Source: Acidimicrobiia bacterium (GTDB taxonomy: Bacteria > Actinomycetota > Acidimicrobiia > Spongiisociales > SHLN01). Taken from it: a DNA stretch of 44,959 nucleotides. Below the pieces are notes generated by a model that was given only the letters and a program-made list of their open reading frames with translations, searched no databases and was not told where the DNA came from. A program made the translations under genes and the position numbers. This document shows, one piece after another, positions 26,234 through 36,921 of this stretch (the first letter of the stretch is position 1; each line of letters begins with the position of its first letter). Location: assembly GCA_041619515.1 (NCBI GenBank), contig JBFKDW010000016.1, positions 1 to 44,959 on the forward strand, in the 5' to 3' direction.

Positions 26234-27298
26234 TCACAGCAAGTCGGCGGTGATCTCGGAGATCGCGCCCGCACCGCAGAGGGCCATGGCAGTGTCGAGC
26301 TCCTCACGAATGATCTCGAAGACGTTCGCCACGCCGTCGGCGCCGTCGATCGCCAGGCCCCACAGCACCGGTCTGCCGAGCAGGACGGCACGGGCCCCGC
26401 CCGCAATGGCCTTGACGACGTCGGTCCCGCGACGGACACCGCCGTCCAGCAGTATCTCGACTCGCCCGTGGACTGCGTTGGCGACCTCGGCCAAGGCCTC
26501 GATCGTGGCCGGAGAAGTGTCGAGCTGGCGGCCCCCGTGGTTGGAGACCACGACGGCCGCGGCTCCATGGTCGACGCAGGCTGTGGCATCGTCACCCCGC
26601 ACCACACCTTTGACGATCACCGGCAGGGAGGTCGCCCCGCACAGCCATTCGAGGTCCCGCCAGGAGATGGAGGGATCGATGAGGGAGTTCACGTAGGCGG
26701 TGAGCCCCGAGCCACTCGCTATGTCGGGGAACCCACCGTACCCGGCGGGCGCGGCGTTCTCTATGTGCATCCCTTCAGGAAGATGGAATACGTTGCGGAT
26801 GTCGGGCTCTCGCTTCCCGAACACCGGCGCATCAACCGTCAGGGCGATGGCTACGCAGCCGGCTGCTTCTGCCCGGGCCACCAGCTCCCGGGTCAACCCC
26901 CGGTCCCGGTAGATGTAGAGCTGGAAGAACACGGGGGCGCCATCCGCAGCCACAACCTCTTCCATAGCCACCGTCGACAGTGTCGACAGGAACATCGCGG
27001 TTCCGGCCCGGCCGGTCCCCAACACCGTTGCGACCTCACCGTCGGGGTGGGCGAGCTTGTGGAACGCCGTCGGCGCGGCCAGCACCGGCATCGAGAGGCG
27101 ATGCCCGAGCACCGAGGTGGTGAGGTCGCGGTCCTCGACTCCCGCCAGGATCCGATATCGGAGCGAAATCCGGTCGAAGGCGGCCCGATTCTCACGCAGC
27201 GTCACCTCGTCGTTGGCCCCGTGAAAGTAGTAGTCGAAGGCGTTGCGGTCGAGCCGCTCCCGGGCGGCGCTTTCGTAGTCGAACAGGTTCACAAGCAT
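26234..27298 (-). CDS. FMN-dependent alpha-hydroxy acid oxidase/dehydrogenase
   Basis: GANDEVTLRENRAAF, FFQLY, ALTVDAP, VIVKGV, VVSNHGGRQLD, DGGVRRGTDVVKA, GRPVLWGL. Confidence 0.93.
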   Translation of the reverse strand: MLVNLFDYESAARERLDRNAFDYYFHGANDEVTLRENRAAFDRISLRYRILAGVEDRDLTTSVLGHRLSMPVLAAPTAFHKLAHPDGEVATVLGTGRAGTAMFLSTLSTVAMEEVVAADGAPVFFQLYIYRDRGLTRELVARAEAAGCVAIALTVDAPVFGKREPDIRNVFHLPEGMHIENAAPAGYGGFPDIASGSGLTAYVNSLIDPSISWRDLEWLCGATSLPVIVKGVVRGDDATACVDHGAAAVVVSNHGGRQLDTSPATIEALAEVANAVHGRVEILLDGGVRRGTDVVKAIAGGARAVLLGRPVLWGLAIDGADGVANVFEIIREELDTAMALCGAGAISEITADLL

Positions 27299-27384
27299 GA
27301 TGCCGAGCCTAGGAGAGCAACGTCGGCGGGCCCTGCCGCAACCATGCGCCCTCCCGGCAAACGGCAAGCGGGTAGGGTCGCTCA

Positions 27385-28629
27385 ATGACCCCGGACGCTC
27401 TGAAGGTGCAGCGCACCTATCTACTGCTCACCCTGCTTTCGACCCTTTCGGCGTCCTTCATCTGGGGAGTGAACACGCTGTTCCTGCTGGATGCCGGGCT
27501 CAACAACGCCCAGGCGTTCGGCGCCAACGCGGCGTTCACGGCCGGGCAGGTCATCTTCGAGGTCCCGACCGGAGTGATTGCCGACACCGTCGGGCGCCGG
27601 GCCTCCTACCTGCTGGGTGCCGCCACGCTCCTGCTCTCGACTCTCCTCTACCTGTTCATGTGGTACGCCGAAGCCCCCTTCTGGGGTTGGATCATCTCCT
27701 CGGTGCTCATCGGGCTGGGGTTCACGTTCTTTTCGGGGGCGGTGGAGGCGTGGCTGGTGGATGCGCTCAACGCCTCGGGCTTCGTCGGCGACTACGAGTC
27801 CGTGTTCGCCAAGGGTCAGGTCACGATGGGGGCATCGATGCTGGCCGGCTCGGTGGCCGGAGGATTCGTGGCCCAGGCCACCAACCTGGGTGTCCCCTAC
27901 ATCCTCCGGGCCGGTCTGCTCGACATCACCCTGGCGGCCGCCTTCTTTCTGATGCGCGATCTCGGCTTCACTCCCCGCCGGGGTGGCAGGCCCATTGCCG
28001 AGGTCCGGCGCGTGCTGACGGCCTCCATCGACAACGGCTGGCGCAAACCTCCGATCCGCTGGCTCATGCTGGCCGCTCCGTTCACCGGCGGAGTCGGCGT
28101 GTACGCCTTCTACGCCCTCCAGCCGTACCTGCTCGAGCTGTACGGCGATCCAACGGCATTCGGCATCGCCGGCCTGGCGGCGGCCATCGTGGCGGGGGCT
28201 CAGATAGCCGGCGGGTTGCTGGTGCCGGCAGTGCGGCGGATGTTCCGCAGACGCACCGACGTGCTGGTCGGAGCCGGCCTGGTGAGCACGCTGGCCCTGC
28301 TCGGCATCGGCGTGACGTCGAGCTTCTGGGCAGCCATTGCCCTGCTGGTGGTCTGGGCCCTGACGTTCTCGGCCAGCATGCCGATGCGACAGGCCTTTCT
28401 GAACGGTCTCATCGAGTCCGATCAGCGAGCAACGGTCCTTTCGTTCGACGCCCTCATGTCGTCGTCCGGGGGCGTTGTCTTTCAGCCCGCCCTCGGGCGG
28501 GCCGCCGATGTGTGGAGCTACTCGGCCTCGTACGTGTTGAGCTCGGCAATCCAGGCGATCGCGGTCCCCTTCGTCCTGCTCGCCCGGCGCGAGCAGGCGG
28601 TGTCTGACCCGATCGAGCCCGCCACCTAG
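27385..28629 (+). CDS. MFS transporter
   Basis: About 12 TM segments; FEVPTGVIADTVGRR, FFSGAVEAWLVD, QRATVLS. Confidence 0.9.
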   Translation: MTPDALKVQRTYLLLTLLSTLSASFIWGVNTLFLLDAGLNNAQAFGANAAFTAGQVIFEVPTGVIADTVGRRASYLLGAATLLLSTLLYLFMWYAEAPFWGWIISSVLIGLGFTFFSGAVEAWLVDALNASGFVGDYESVFAKGQVTMGASMLAGSVAGGFVAQATNLGVPYILRAGLLDITLAAAFFLMRDLGFTPRRGGRPIAEVRRVLTASIDNGWRKPPIRWLMLAAPFTGGVGVYAFYALQPYLLELYGDPTAFGIAGLAAAIVAGAQIAGGLLVPAVRRMFRRRTDVLVGAGLVSTLALLGIGVTSSFWAAIALLVVWALTFSASMPMRQAFLNGLIESDQRATVLSFDALMSSSGGVVFQPALGRAADVWSYSASYVLSSAIQAIAVPFVLLARREQAVSDPIEPAT

Positions 28630-28638
28630 GCTGCCGCC

Positions 28639-28821
28639 ATGGAAATGCCGGCCGACCTACAGGCAGCTCTCAGGGAGAACCCCACTGCGCAGGCCGTGTT
28701 CGAAGGCCTGTCGCCCTCCCATCAGCGGGAATACCTCGAATGGATCGAGGAGGCCCGCTCGTACGAGACCCGCCAGAAGCGCATCGAGCGGACGGTGATG
28801 CGGCTCGTCGGCGACCACTGA
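28639..28821 (+). CDS. YdeI/OmpD-associated (OmdA) domain protein
   Basis: PADLQAAL..NPTAQAVFEGLSPSHQREYLEWIEEA...ETRQKRI. Confidence 0.85.
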   Translation: MEMPADLQAALRENPTAQAVFEGLSPSHQREYLEWIEEARSYETRQKRIERTVMRLVGDH

Positions 28822-28860
28822 CCGGGAACCCCGGTGGGGGGTGGGTGCGTCTGAGGCGGT

Positions 28861-29808
28861 ATGCGCACGGACAAGATCCTGGTCCTGGCGGTGGCGGTTT
28901 CGGTGCTGTTCGCCGCCTGTGGAGCCGACGAGACCACACGGTCCACGTCTGCTCCTCCCACGACACCGGCTACCGCCGGTACGCCTACGACCGGGGCAAC
29001 TCTCCAGCCGGTCGGCTCCGGCGAGCTCGGACGGTTTGTATGGGACGGGTGGGTGCTCGACAAGCAGGGCGCCGGCCCCCAGCTGTGTGCGGCGGTCCTG
29101 ACATCGCTGCCGCCCCAATGCGAAGGCCTGCCGGTCGCCGGCCTCGACTGGGACGATGTGCCGTGGGCCGAGTCGGCCGGCGACACCACATGGGCCGAGG
29201 TTCATGCCTCAGGCACGTTTGACGGGAAGGTCTTCACTCTCACCGAGCCGCCTGCTGCGCCCGAGCCCCTGCCCGACCTGTTCCCGGATCGAGATTTCAC
29301 GACTCCCTGCTCGCAACCGGACGGCGGCTGGGCCGTCTCGGATCCCTCTTCAGAGCTGGCGTTCGAGGCAGCCCGAACGTACGCCGAGGCACAACCCGAC
29401 TTTGCAGGGCTGTGGGTCGACCAGTTGCTGGCGCCTGGGGAGCGGGAAAACGAGGAGCACGACCCCGGCGTCTTCGTCGCCAACTTCACCTTCACCGGAG
29501 ATCTCGACCGCCACCGCGCCGCCCTGGCCGGAATCTACGGCGGACCGTCCTGCGTGAGTCTCGGTCCCCGCCCGCTCGCCGACCTGCGCGCCCTGCAGGC
29601 CCGGGTCTTCGAGACCCTCGGCGGACCCGAGGCAGAGGCGGCCGGAATCTACGGCCGGTTTGGCATGTCCGGCAGCGCCAACCAGTTCCGTGGGGTGGTG
29701 GAAGTCTCCGTCATGGTGGTCACCGGTGACGGTGCGCAGGCCTGGCTGGATGAGGAGTTCGGTCCCGGCCTCGTCGAGGTCCGCAGCTATCTGCGCCCGG
29801 CCACCTAG
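28861..29808 (+). CDS. Putative lipoprotein
   Basis: Signal peptide with lipobox LFAAC, Thr/Pro-rich linker, QLC...SLPPQC motif. Confidence 0.75.
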   Translation: MRTDKILVLAVAVSVLFAACGADETTRSTSAPPTTPATAGTPTTGATLQPVGSGELGRFVWDGWVLDKQGAGPQLCAAVLTSLPPQCEGLPVAGLDWDDVPWAESAGDTTWAEVHASGTFDGKVFTLTEPPAAPEPLPDLFPDRDFTTPCSQPDGGWAVSDPSSELAFEAARTYAEAQPDFAGLWVDQLLAPGERENEEHDPGVFVANFTFTGDLDRHRAALAGIYGGPSCVSLGPRPLADLRALQARVFETLGGPEAEAAGIYGRFGMSGSANQFRGVVEVSVMVVTGDGAQAWLDEEFGPGLVEVRSYLRPAT

Positions 29809-29829
29809 CCGAAGGCGCCGGCAGCCTGG

Positions 29830-30018
29830 CTAGACCTTCTCGATCTTGCCGGCCTTGATGCAGGAGGTGCACACCCGAACCCGCTTGGAGTTGGTGCCGT
29901 CCTTGACACGGACCCGCTGGATATTGGGGTTCCACCGGCGGCTGGACCGCTTGTGGGAGAAGCTCACCTGCTTGCCGAACCAGGGCTGCTTCCCGCACAC
30001 TTCACATATCGCTGACAT
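29830..30018 (-). CDS. rpmB: 50S ribosomal protein L28 (Zn-binding form)
   Basis: [36 protein letters not shown]...[17 protein letters not shown]. Confidence 0.95.
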   Translation of the reverse strand: MSAICEVCGKQPWFGKQVSFSHKRSSRRWNPNIQRVRVKDGTNSKRVRVCTSCIKAGKIEKV

Positions 30019-30107
30019 TCGAGACCTCCGAGCGGCGGAATCGTAGCACGCGGGGCGGCGAAGGCACCGTCGGCGTTGCGGCCGGGTGGTCTCATATACT
30101 CGCCGGC

Positions 30108-31739
30108 ATGGCTCCCAAGGCGAATCTCAAAGTCGAGGGCCTCAAGAACGTCATTCAGAAGTTCTACGATCGGCTCCATGAGCACCGCGAGGCGCTCAAC
30201 CGCCTCAACGTGTATCCGGTGCCCGACGGCGACACCGGCACCAACATGGTGCTGACGCTCGCATCGGTCGTCGACGAGGCTTCAGGCGCCGAGACGATGG
30301 AGGAGCTGTCGACGGCGATTGCCCACGGCTCGCTGATGGGCGCGCGCGGCAACAGTGGAGTCATCCTCAGCCAGATATTGCGCGGACTGGCCGATGCCTT
30401 CCGCTCGGCCGATTCGATCGGAGCCGCCCAGCTGGTCGATGCCCTCGAGCGAGCCTCCGCAGCAGCCTATGAGGCGGTGATGCGTCCGGTCGAGGGAACC
30501 ATACTCACCGTGCTGAGAGAGGCCGCTGAGGCCGCCGCCGAGGCCCACACCCCTGAAGGAGAGGATCTGGCGGATTTGCTGGGCCGCACGTACCGGAGGG
30601 CGGAAGCCTCCCTGCACAACACCCCGGAGCTGCTGCCCGTGCTGAAAGAAGCCGGTGTCGTCGACGCCGGCGGGGCCGGTCTCCTGCTGCTCATGGCCGC
30701 GTTTCTCGAAGAGGTCACGGGAGAAGAGACGGTGCTGCCGGCGGAGATCTTCCGGGCGGTTGCCGGAGTCATATCGGCTCCCGGCGAATCGGGCGTGAGC
30801 GACCTGCGGTATGAGGTCATGTACTTCTTGGAGACTCAGGAGGCCGGGGTCGAGGCATTCAAGCGTGAGTGGATGGAGCTCGGCGATTCGATTGTCGTGG
30901 TCGGAGGCGACGGCACGTACAACTGTCACATCCATACCGATGACATCGGTGGGGCCATCGAGGCCGGCATTCGGGTGGGACGGCCGTTCCGAATCCGGGT
31001 CACCGACCTGCTCGATCAAACCGAGGCCGGGGCAATGCATCACCACCCGTCGACGTTCGATCCGCTACCCGTGTTCGCGGCCGCCGAGGTTGGGGTGGTT
31101 GCGGTGGCGGTTGGGGGAGGGATCGTCGAGATGTTTCGCCGGCTCGGTGTTCAGGGAGTAGTGGTGGGCGGACAAACGATGAATCCCTCGACCGAGGAGC
31201 TGCTGTCGGCGGTCGACGAGGTCCCGGCGGCGGAGGTGATCGTCCTTCCGAACAACAAGAACATCGTGCCGGTCGCCCGTCAACTCGACGCCCTCACATC
31301 CAAGCGGGTGTTGTGCGTGCCCACCCGCTCGGTGCCGGAGGGCTTGGCGGCGATGGTCTCGTATCTGCCGTCGGGTGAGCCGATCGAAGCCGTCGCCGGG
31401 GCGATGGAGGCGGCCATGCGGGAGATCGCCAGCGGCGAGGTGACGCGGGCGGTCCGGGATTCGCGCACCCCGGCCGGCCCGGTGCGAGAGGGCGATTGGC
31501 TCGGGCTGGTCCACGGTGACGTGGCCGTGATCGACCCTGCGCTCGATGAGGCCCTGACCGGCCTGCTGACCAGGCTGGCCGGGGCCGAGCGGGAGATCGC
31601 GACCATCATCACCGGCCTCGAAGCCGACGAGACGGTCACGGAGGCAGTTCGAGCCTGGCTGGAGGAGGAACACGACCTCGAAGTGCAGGTGGTGCCCGGG
31701 CTCCAGCCGCTGTATCCGTACCTCGTCAGCATCGAGTGA
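30108..31739 (+). CDS. DAK2-domain protein (YloV/FakA-like fatty acid kinase)
   Basis: [71 protein letters not shown]. Confidence 0.92.
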   Translation: MAPKANLKVEGLKNVIQKFYDRLHEHREALNRLNVYPVPDGDTGTNMVLTLASVVDEASGAETMEELSTAIAHGSLMGARGNSGVILSQILRGLADAFRSADSIGAAQLVDALERASAAAYEAVMRPVEGTILTVLREAAEAAAEAHTPEGEDLADLLGRTYRRAEASLHNTPELLPVLKEAGVVDAGGAGLLLLMAAFLEEVTGEETVLPAEIFRAVAGVISAPGESGVSDLRYEVMYFLETQEAGVEAFKREWMELGDSIVVVGGDGTYNCHIHTDDIGGAIEAGIRVGRPFRIRVTDLLDQTEAGAMHHHPSTFDPLPVFAAAEVGVVAVAVGGGIVEMFRRLGVQGVVVGGQTMNPSTEELLSAVDEVPAAEVIVLPNNKNIVPVARQLDALTSKRVLCVPTRSVPEGLAAMVSYLPSGEPIEAVAGAMEAAMREIASGEVTRAVRDSRTPAGPVREGDWLGLVHGDVAVIDPALDEALTGLLTRLAGAEREIATIITGLEADETVTEAVRAWLEEEHDLEVQVVPGLQPLYPYLVSIE

Positions 31740-33931
31740 GTGCCGCCGGCGGCGAGCGCACGCTCGCCTACCTGTCCACGATCCCCGTTTCGCAGGTGAA
31801 GGGCCTGTCCGGCAAACGCGCCGCCTCGCTGGCGGCGGCGGGCATCGAATCGGTCACAGATCTCCTCTTCCATGTGCCCCGCCGCTATATCGATCGGTCG
31901 ACGACCGCGCCGATCGCGGCTGCCCCGCTGGGTGAGGAAGTCACCGTATTCGGCACTGTGCACAAGATCACGACCCGCCGCGTGCGCCGCAATCTCGCCA
32001 TCATCGACGCCACCATCTTCGACGGCGAAACCTACTTGTTCGCCACCTGGTTCAACCAGACATTCCGCCAGCGCCAGCTTCCTGAAGGAACGGAGGTGGC
32101 GTTGTCGGGGAAGATCGAGCGCACGCGCGGCAGGTTGCAGATGAAGAGCCCGGATGCCGACGTGCTGGACAACCCGGGTGAGTCGCTCTTGACCGGCCGG
32201 GTGGTTCCCGTCCACCCGGGCGTGAAGGGCGTGACGCCCGGATTCCTGCGCCGGGGAGTCCACAACGCCGTCCGACGGTCGATGCCTGTCGCAGACCCGG
32301 CTCCGCCGGAGCTGCGCGATCGGCTCGGGCTGGTCGACCGATCCACGGCCATCGAGGCGATCCACTTCCCCGAGAGCCTCGAAGAGGTGACCCCGGCCCG
32401 GGATCGCCTGGCATTCGACGAGCTCTTCCGTCTGGAGGTGGCACTGGCGCTCCAGAAGCGCCGCCAGATCGACGAAGCGGTGGGAATCGCCCACGTGCGG
32501 GCCGCCGACGGGTTGGTAGCCGAGCTCATCAAGGGGCTCCCGTTTTCCCTCACCGGCGCCCAGCAGCGGGTGGTCGACGAAGTCCAGAGCGACATGCAGC
32601 GTCCGCATCCGATGCATCGGCTCCTGCTGGGCGACGTCGGGTCGGGAAAGACGGTGGTCGCCGTCGCTGCCATGCTCACTGCGGTTGACGGTGGATACCA
32701 GGGAGCGGTCATGGCTCCCACCGAAGTGCTGGCCGTGCAGCATTACCTCAGCATCGGTGGCCTGCTGGCCGGCGCCGGCATGGGGCCTCCGCTCGAGGCG
32801 CTCGGCATGACCACCCTGTTCAGCCAGGACGAGCCCGGCCGGCCGGTGCGGCTCGCCCTCTTGACCGGGTCAAATGCCGAGGTCAACTACCGGGATACGA
32901 TCACAAGGGCCGAGCTGGCGCAGGAAATCGCCGCCGGCGCCGTCGACATCGTCATCGGTACTCACGCCCTCATCCAGGAAGGGCTTCACTTCCACCAGCT
33001 CGGGGTGGCCGTGGTCGATGAGCAGCACCGGTTTGGAGTCCACCAGCGGGTCCAGCTGCGGGAGAAGGGAGTCGTGGCGGCCGAGCCAGATCTGTTGATC
33101 ATGACCGCCACCCCGATACCCCGGACGCTTTCCATGACCTTGTACGGCGATCTCGATGTCAGCTCGATCGGCCGCGACGAGATGCCGCCCGGGCGGCCGG
33201 AGGTCGAGACGGTTGCCCTCGCCAGAACGGCCGACGGCGAGGCGGAGTGGCTGCAGCGGATCCGTGACGAGGCGGCCGGCGGGAATCAGGCGTTTGTCGT
33301 GTGCCCACTGGTGGAAGACAGCCCAAAGGTGGAGGCCGCCTCGGCGACCGCCGAGAGGAAGCGGCTGGCCGAGCTCCTGCCCGAGCTCAGGATCGGGCTC
33401 CTGCATGGACAGATGGTGCCGGCCGACAAGGCGGCGGTGATGGCGGCATTTCGCGATCGGGAGTTGGACGTCCTTGTGGCTACGACGGTTATCGAGGTTG
33501 GCATCGACATACCGCACTCCACCGTGATGGTGATCCAGGACGCAGACCGCTTCGGTCTTTCCCAGCTCCACCAGCTGCGCGGACGGCTCAGTCGCGGTGT
33601 GGGACCGAACTACTGCTATCTGGTGGCCGACCCGACGACGCCGGAAGGTGAGGAGCGCCTTGCCGCCATGGCTGCCTCCGACGACGGGTTCGTGCTGGCA
33701 GAGGAAGATCTGCGCATTCGCGGGCAGGGGACGGTGTTCGGAGCCCGCCAGGCCGGGGCGGCCGACCTGCGGGTCGCCGACCTCCTGCGTGACACCCAGC
33801 TGCTCATCGACGCCCGGCGCGAAGCGTTCGCGATGGTGGCCGGCGACCCCGACCTTTCGGACCATCCGGAGGTTGCGTCCGAGGTCCAGGCGCTGCTGGG
33901 TGAGGCAGTTGCCTGGCTGTTCGTGTCGTGA
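31736..33931 (+). CDS. recG: ATP-dependent DNA helicase RecG
   Basis: RLAFDEL, LLGDVGSGKT, MAPTEVLA, IGTHAL, DEQHRFGV, MTATPIPRT, ATTVIEVGID, RFGLSQLHQLRGR, DGFVLAEEDLRIRG. Confidence 0.95.
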   Translation: MSAAGGERTLAYLSTIPVSQVKGLSGKRAASLAAAGIESVTDLLFHVPRRYIDRSTTAPIAAAPLGEEVTVFGTVHKITTRRVRRNLAIIDATIFDGETYLFATWFNQTFRQRQLPEGTEVALSGKIERTRGRLQMKSPDADVLDNPGESLLTGRVVPVHPGVKGVTPGFLRRGVHNAVRRSMPVADPAPPELRDRLGLVDRSTAIEAIHFPESLEEVTPARDRLAFDELFRLEVALALQKRRQIDEAVGIAHVRAADGLVAELIKGLPFSLTGAQQRVVDEVQSDMQRPHPMHRLLLGDVGSGKTVVAVAAMLTAVDGGYQGAVMAPTEVLAVQHYLSIGGLLAGAGMGPPLEALGMTTLFSQDEPGRPVRLALLTGSNAEVNYRDTITRAELAQEIAAGAVDIVIGTHALIQEGLHFHQLGVAVVDEQHRFGVHQRVQLREKGVVAAEPDLLIMTATPIPRTLSMTLYGDLDVSSIGRDEMPPGRPEVETVALARTADGEAEWLQRIRDEAAGGNQAFVVCPLVEDSPKVEAASATAERKRLAELLPELRIGLLHGQMVPADKAAVMAAFRDRELDVLVATTVIEVGIDIPHSTVMVIQDADRFGLSQLHQLRGRLSRGVGPNYCYLVADPTTPEGEERLAAMAASDDGFVLAEEDLRIRGQGTVFGARQAGAADLRVADLLRDTQLLIDARREAFAMVAGDPDLSDHPEVASEVQALLGEAVAWLFVS

Positions 33932-34470
33932 GAGTCATCGCCGGTTCGGCCAAGGGCCGTCGCTTGCGGGCCCCGTCGGGGACCGATACCCGCCCGATGA
34001 TGGATCGCGTCAAGGAGGCGTTGTTCTCGATGCTCGGTGCCCGGGTGATGGATGCCAGGGTGCTGGATCTCTACGCCGGGTCCGGCTCGCTCGGCATCGA
34101 GTCGCTCAGCCGCGGTGCCCGATCGGCGACATTCGTCGAGCGGGGGAGCAGCGCGCTGAAGGCACTCAACTTCAACCTGGGTGCGGCGGGCCTGACCGGG
34201 CGTGTCGTCGCAAGCGATGTGGGTGGCTTCTTGCGCGGCGCCGAGGAACAGTTCGATCTGGTGTTCGTTGACCCGCCGTACCGGCTGTCGCTAGCGTTGG
34301 TCGGTGAGGTGCTCGAGGGCGCAGCCGCCCTGCTGGCGAACGGAGGACTCATGGTGGTGCATCGACGGGCGGGTGAGGAACCGCCGGACGCGCCGGCCGG
34401 TTCACGCCGGATCGACGAACGCCGATACGGGGACACCCGGCTGTGGATCTATGAGAAGGGCCCATCGTGA
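33928..34470 (+). CDS. rsmD: 16S rRNA m2G966 methyltransferase
   Basis: MRVIAGSAKGRRL, TRP..DRVKEALF, LDLYAGSGSLGIE.LSRGA, DPPY. Confidence 0.93.
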   Translation: MRVIAGSAKGRRLRAPSGTDTRPMMDRVKEALFSMLGARVMDARVLDLYAGSGSLGIESLSRGARSATFVERGSSALKALNFNLGAAGLTGRVVASDVGGFLRGAEEQFDLVFVDPPYRLSLALVGEVLEGAAALLANGGLMVVHRRAGEEPPDAPAGSRRIDERRYGDTRLWIYEKGPS

Positions 34471-34940
34471 CGGTTGCGGTGGTTCCCGGGAGTTTCGATC
34501 CCCCCACCCTCGGGCATGTCGACGTCATCGCCAGGGCGGTCGACGTATTCGAACAGGTGGTGATCGCGGTGGTGGCGAACCCCTCCAAGACCCCGCTGTT
34601 CTCCGCCGTCGAACGCAAGGCGATGCTGGAGGAGATCTGCCGCCCTTGGGAGAATACGGAGATCGACGATTTCGCCGGGCTGCTCGTCGACTTCGCTCGA
34701 GAGAAAGGCGCAGATGTCATCGTCAAGGGCCTGCGGGCAGTCTCCGACTTCGAATACGAGCTGCAGATGGCGCAGATGAACCATCACCTCACGGGAGTTC
34801 AGACGGTCTTCCTCCCGACGAGCCCCGATCATGCCTACCTCTCCTCTTCCCTTGTCAAAGAAGTCGGCCGGTTCGGTGGCTCGCTCGACGGGCTGGTGTC
34901 GCCGGTGGTTGCCGCAGCACTGAAGGAGCGATTTCAATGA
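34467..34940 (+). CDS. coaD: Phosphopantetheine adenylyltransferase
   Basis: PGSFDPPTLGH, KGLRAVSDFEYELQMA, SSSLVKEV. Confidence 0.95.
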   Translation: MTVAVVPGSFDPPTLGHVDVIARAVDVFEQVVIAVVANPSKTPLFSAVERKAMLEEICRPWENTEIDDFAGLLVDFAREKGADVIVKGLRAVSDFEYELQMAQMNHHLTGVQTVFLPTSPDHAYLSSSLVKEVGRFGGSLDGLVSPVVAAALKERFQ

Positions 34941-35476
34941 CCAACGACTACGAGTTCGACGTGGAGGCAGATTCCGATCAGGCTGCACCGACGACACTCG
35001 GCGAGCTCCAGGACATGGTCGAGGAGCTCATTCTGACCGTCGAGCAAGCGCGTGGCATGCCGCTGTCGGGGAATGCCAGCATCGACCGAAACGACTTCGT
35101 AGATCGCTTGCGCGACCTGCGCGAGCGGCTCCCGGAAGAGCTTCGAACGGCCCGCTGGATGGTGCGCGAACGGGAGGCGTTCATCGCCCAGACCAATGAA
35201 CAGGCCACCGAGATCATGCGCAGGGCCAAAGAGGCGGGGGCCAGGATGGTGAGTGAGACCCAGGTCATGACCGAAGCCGTCGAGGAAGCCAACATTCTGG
35301 TCCGGAACGCCGAGGAACAGGCCCGCGCCATCCGGCTCGAGTCCGAGGACGTGGCCGAGTCGAGCTACGAGCACGTCGAGACGCTGCTCACCAACCTGCT
35401 CGAGCGGGTGCGGGACCGGCGGGCCGAGCTGCATCAGGCACGCCCGGCGCCCCCGGAGGTCCCGATCAGCGAGTAG
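34937..35476 (+). CDS. Coiled-coil protein, SepIVA/DivIVA-like
   Basis: ARGMPLSGNA, LPEELRTARW, AEEQARAIR; ATGA overlap with coaD; position after coaD as in other actinobacteria. Confidence 0.75.
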   Translation: MTNDYEFDVEADSDQAAPTTLGELQDMVEELILTVEQARGMPLSGNASIDRNDFVDRLRDLRERLPEELRTARWMVREREAFIAQTNEQATEIMRRAKEAGARMVSETQVMTEAVEEANILVRNAEEQARAIRLESEDVAESSYEHVETLLTNLLERVRDRRAELHQARPAPPEVPISE

Positions 35477-35504
35477 CCGCGTCCGCTCCGGTAGCTGTGG
35501 CGGA

Positions 35505-36221
35505 TCACAGGTCGGCCGCGAGGAACGCGTCGACTGCCTCGCCCACGCCGAGGCCGATCACTTGGAGGGCATCACCCAGGAACAGCCTCGCCTCGCCGTC
35601 GACCAGGCGGATCTCACCCGGGTACTGATCGCCCTGAATCCGTGCCACCACCTGCGGGTGGGCACCGAATGCCTGAGCCACATAGGTGGGAACCGTCACC
35701 GCGAGCCCCTCCCCGGTCCCGACCACCCGGGTTCGCAGCGGCGCCATCAGGTGCTCGAGAGCACGGCCCACCACCGGGTTGACCTCGGCGCGGGGATCCA
35801 GCGTCTTCTGCTCACCGCGGGTGTGGGCTTGGCACAGCCACGACCCCACTGCATCGTCGACGTCGTCGGGACCGGTCAGCCGGACCTCGTGGCCGAAACT
35901 GGTCGGGCCGTACAGATCGATCTTGCGGACGCCGGCATCGTCGAGGGGTGTTGGAAGGATGAAGGAGAGGTCCGCCCATCGTCTCGCCAGGCGGATGCCG
36001 GCAAACGTCATCCGGGCGATGAACGAGATGCGCGTCTTCTGCGGATGGATGCGGAACTCCCCGCAGGCGGCGATCGCCGCTTCGACGGCTCGATAGATGG
36101 CGATGGCACGCTCGCTCTTGGATGCGAGATGCTCATCGAGCGCCATTTCGATGCACGAGTGCCATTGGTTGGCGTTGGCAAATCGACGGTGACAGGACGG
36201 ACAGGCCCAAAGCTCGGTCAC
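35505..36221 (-). CDS. DUF5655-like protein with N-terminal CxxC and an extra C-terminal domain
   Basis: WACPSCHRRFANANQWHSC, HPQKTRISF..RMTFAG, HEVRLTGPDDVD; GTG 36221 with TACGAT 6 nt upstream. Confidence 0.7.
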   Translation of the reverse strand: MTELWACPSCHRRFANANQWHSCIEMALDEHLASKSERAIAIYRAVEAAIAACGEFRIHPQKTRISFIARMTFAGIRLARRWADLSFILPTPLDDAGVRKIDLYGPTSFGHEVRLTGPDDVDDAVGSWLCQAHTRGEQKTLDPRAEVNPVVGRALEHLMAPLRTRVVGTGEGLAVTVPTYVAQAFGAHPQVVARIQGDQYPGEIRLVDGEARLFLGDALQVIGLGVGEAVDAFLAADL

Positions 36222-36243
36222 GACGGCATCGTACCGGAGGGTG

Positions 36244-36870
36244 CTAGCCGGCGCCCTCGAGTTTGGCCACCCGCTCCTCCAGACGCTCGATGCGTCTGGC
36301 GAGCGCCTCCAGCCCACCCGTCCGGGCCGTGTGCTCGGGGGCGGGCACCGCCGGCGGCTCGCCGGCCGTCTCCGCTTCTGAGTCGGACGGCCCTGCGAGC
36401 AGGTGGCGGTATCGCGCCTCCTTTTCCCCCGGGCGGCGCGCCATGCGCTCGGCCAGCGCCCGGTCGTCCAAGCCCTCGAGGACTTCTTCGACTGCGGCCA
36501 CAGATTCGAAATCGTGGTAGCGCTCGGTGCGGAGGCGCAACTCGCCGGGGGTCTGCTCTCCCCGCAGCATCAGGACGGCCAACAGGGCGGCCTGCTCGGC
36601 GTCGATCTCGAGAGCATCATGGAGTGCGTGCTTGTACTTCGCGCTCCGTCCACCCGGGGACCGGACCGCCCGCACCAGGCCGTGCTCGCGTAAGGCGTCG
36701 ATTCCGTCGCGGACCTCGGTCTCCGTGAACGAGACGACCGGTGACCGATTGGTCTTCTGGTTGGCGGCGGCGGTGAGGGCGTTCACCGTCATCGGGTAGT
36801 AGTCGGGGGTGGTCATCTCCTTCTCGATGAGACATCCCAGCAGACGAATGCCAACCGGATCCAGCTCCAT
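36244..36870 (-). CDS. YceH/DUF480 family protein
   Basis: RLLGCLIEKEMTTPDYYPMTVNAL..AANQKTNRSPV, LMLRGEQTPGELR.RTER, RYRHLL. Confidence 0.92.
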   Translation of the reverse strand: MELDPVGIRLLGCLIEKEMTTPDYYPMTVNALTAAANQKTNRSPVVSFTETEVRDGIDALREHGLVRAVRSPGGRSAKYKHALHDALEIDAEQAALLAVLMLRGEQTPGELRLRTERYHDFESVAAVEEVLEGLDDRALAERMARRPGEKEARYRHLLAGPSDSEAETAGEPPAVPAPEHTARTGGLEALARRIERLEERVAKLEGAG

Positions 36871-36921
36871 GGCCCGATGTTACGGCCGGTTGGGATCGTT
36901 CCGGACGTATCCTTCCTCACC

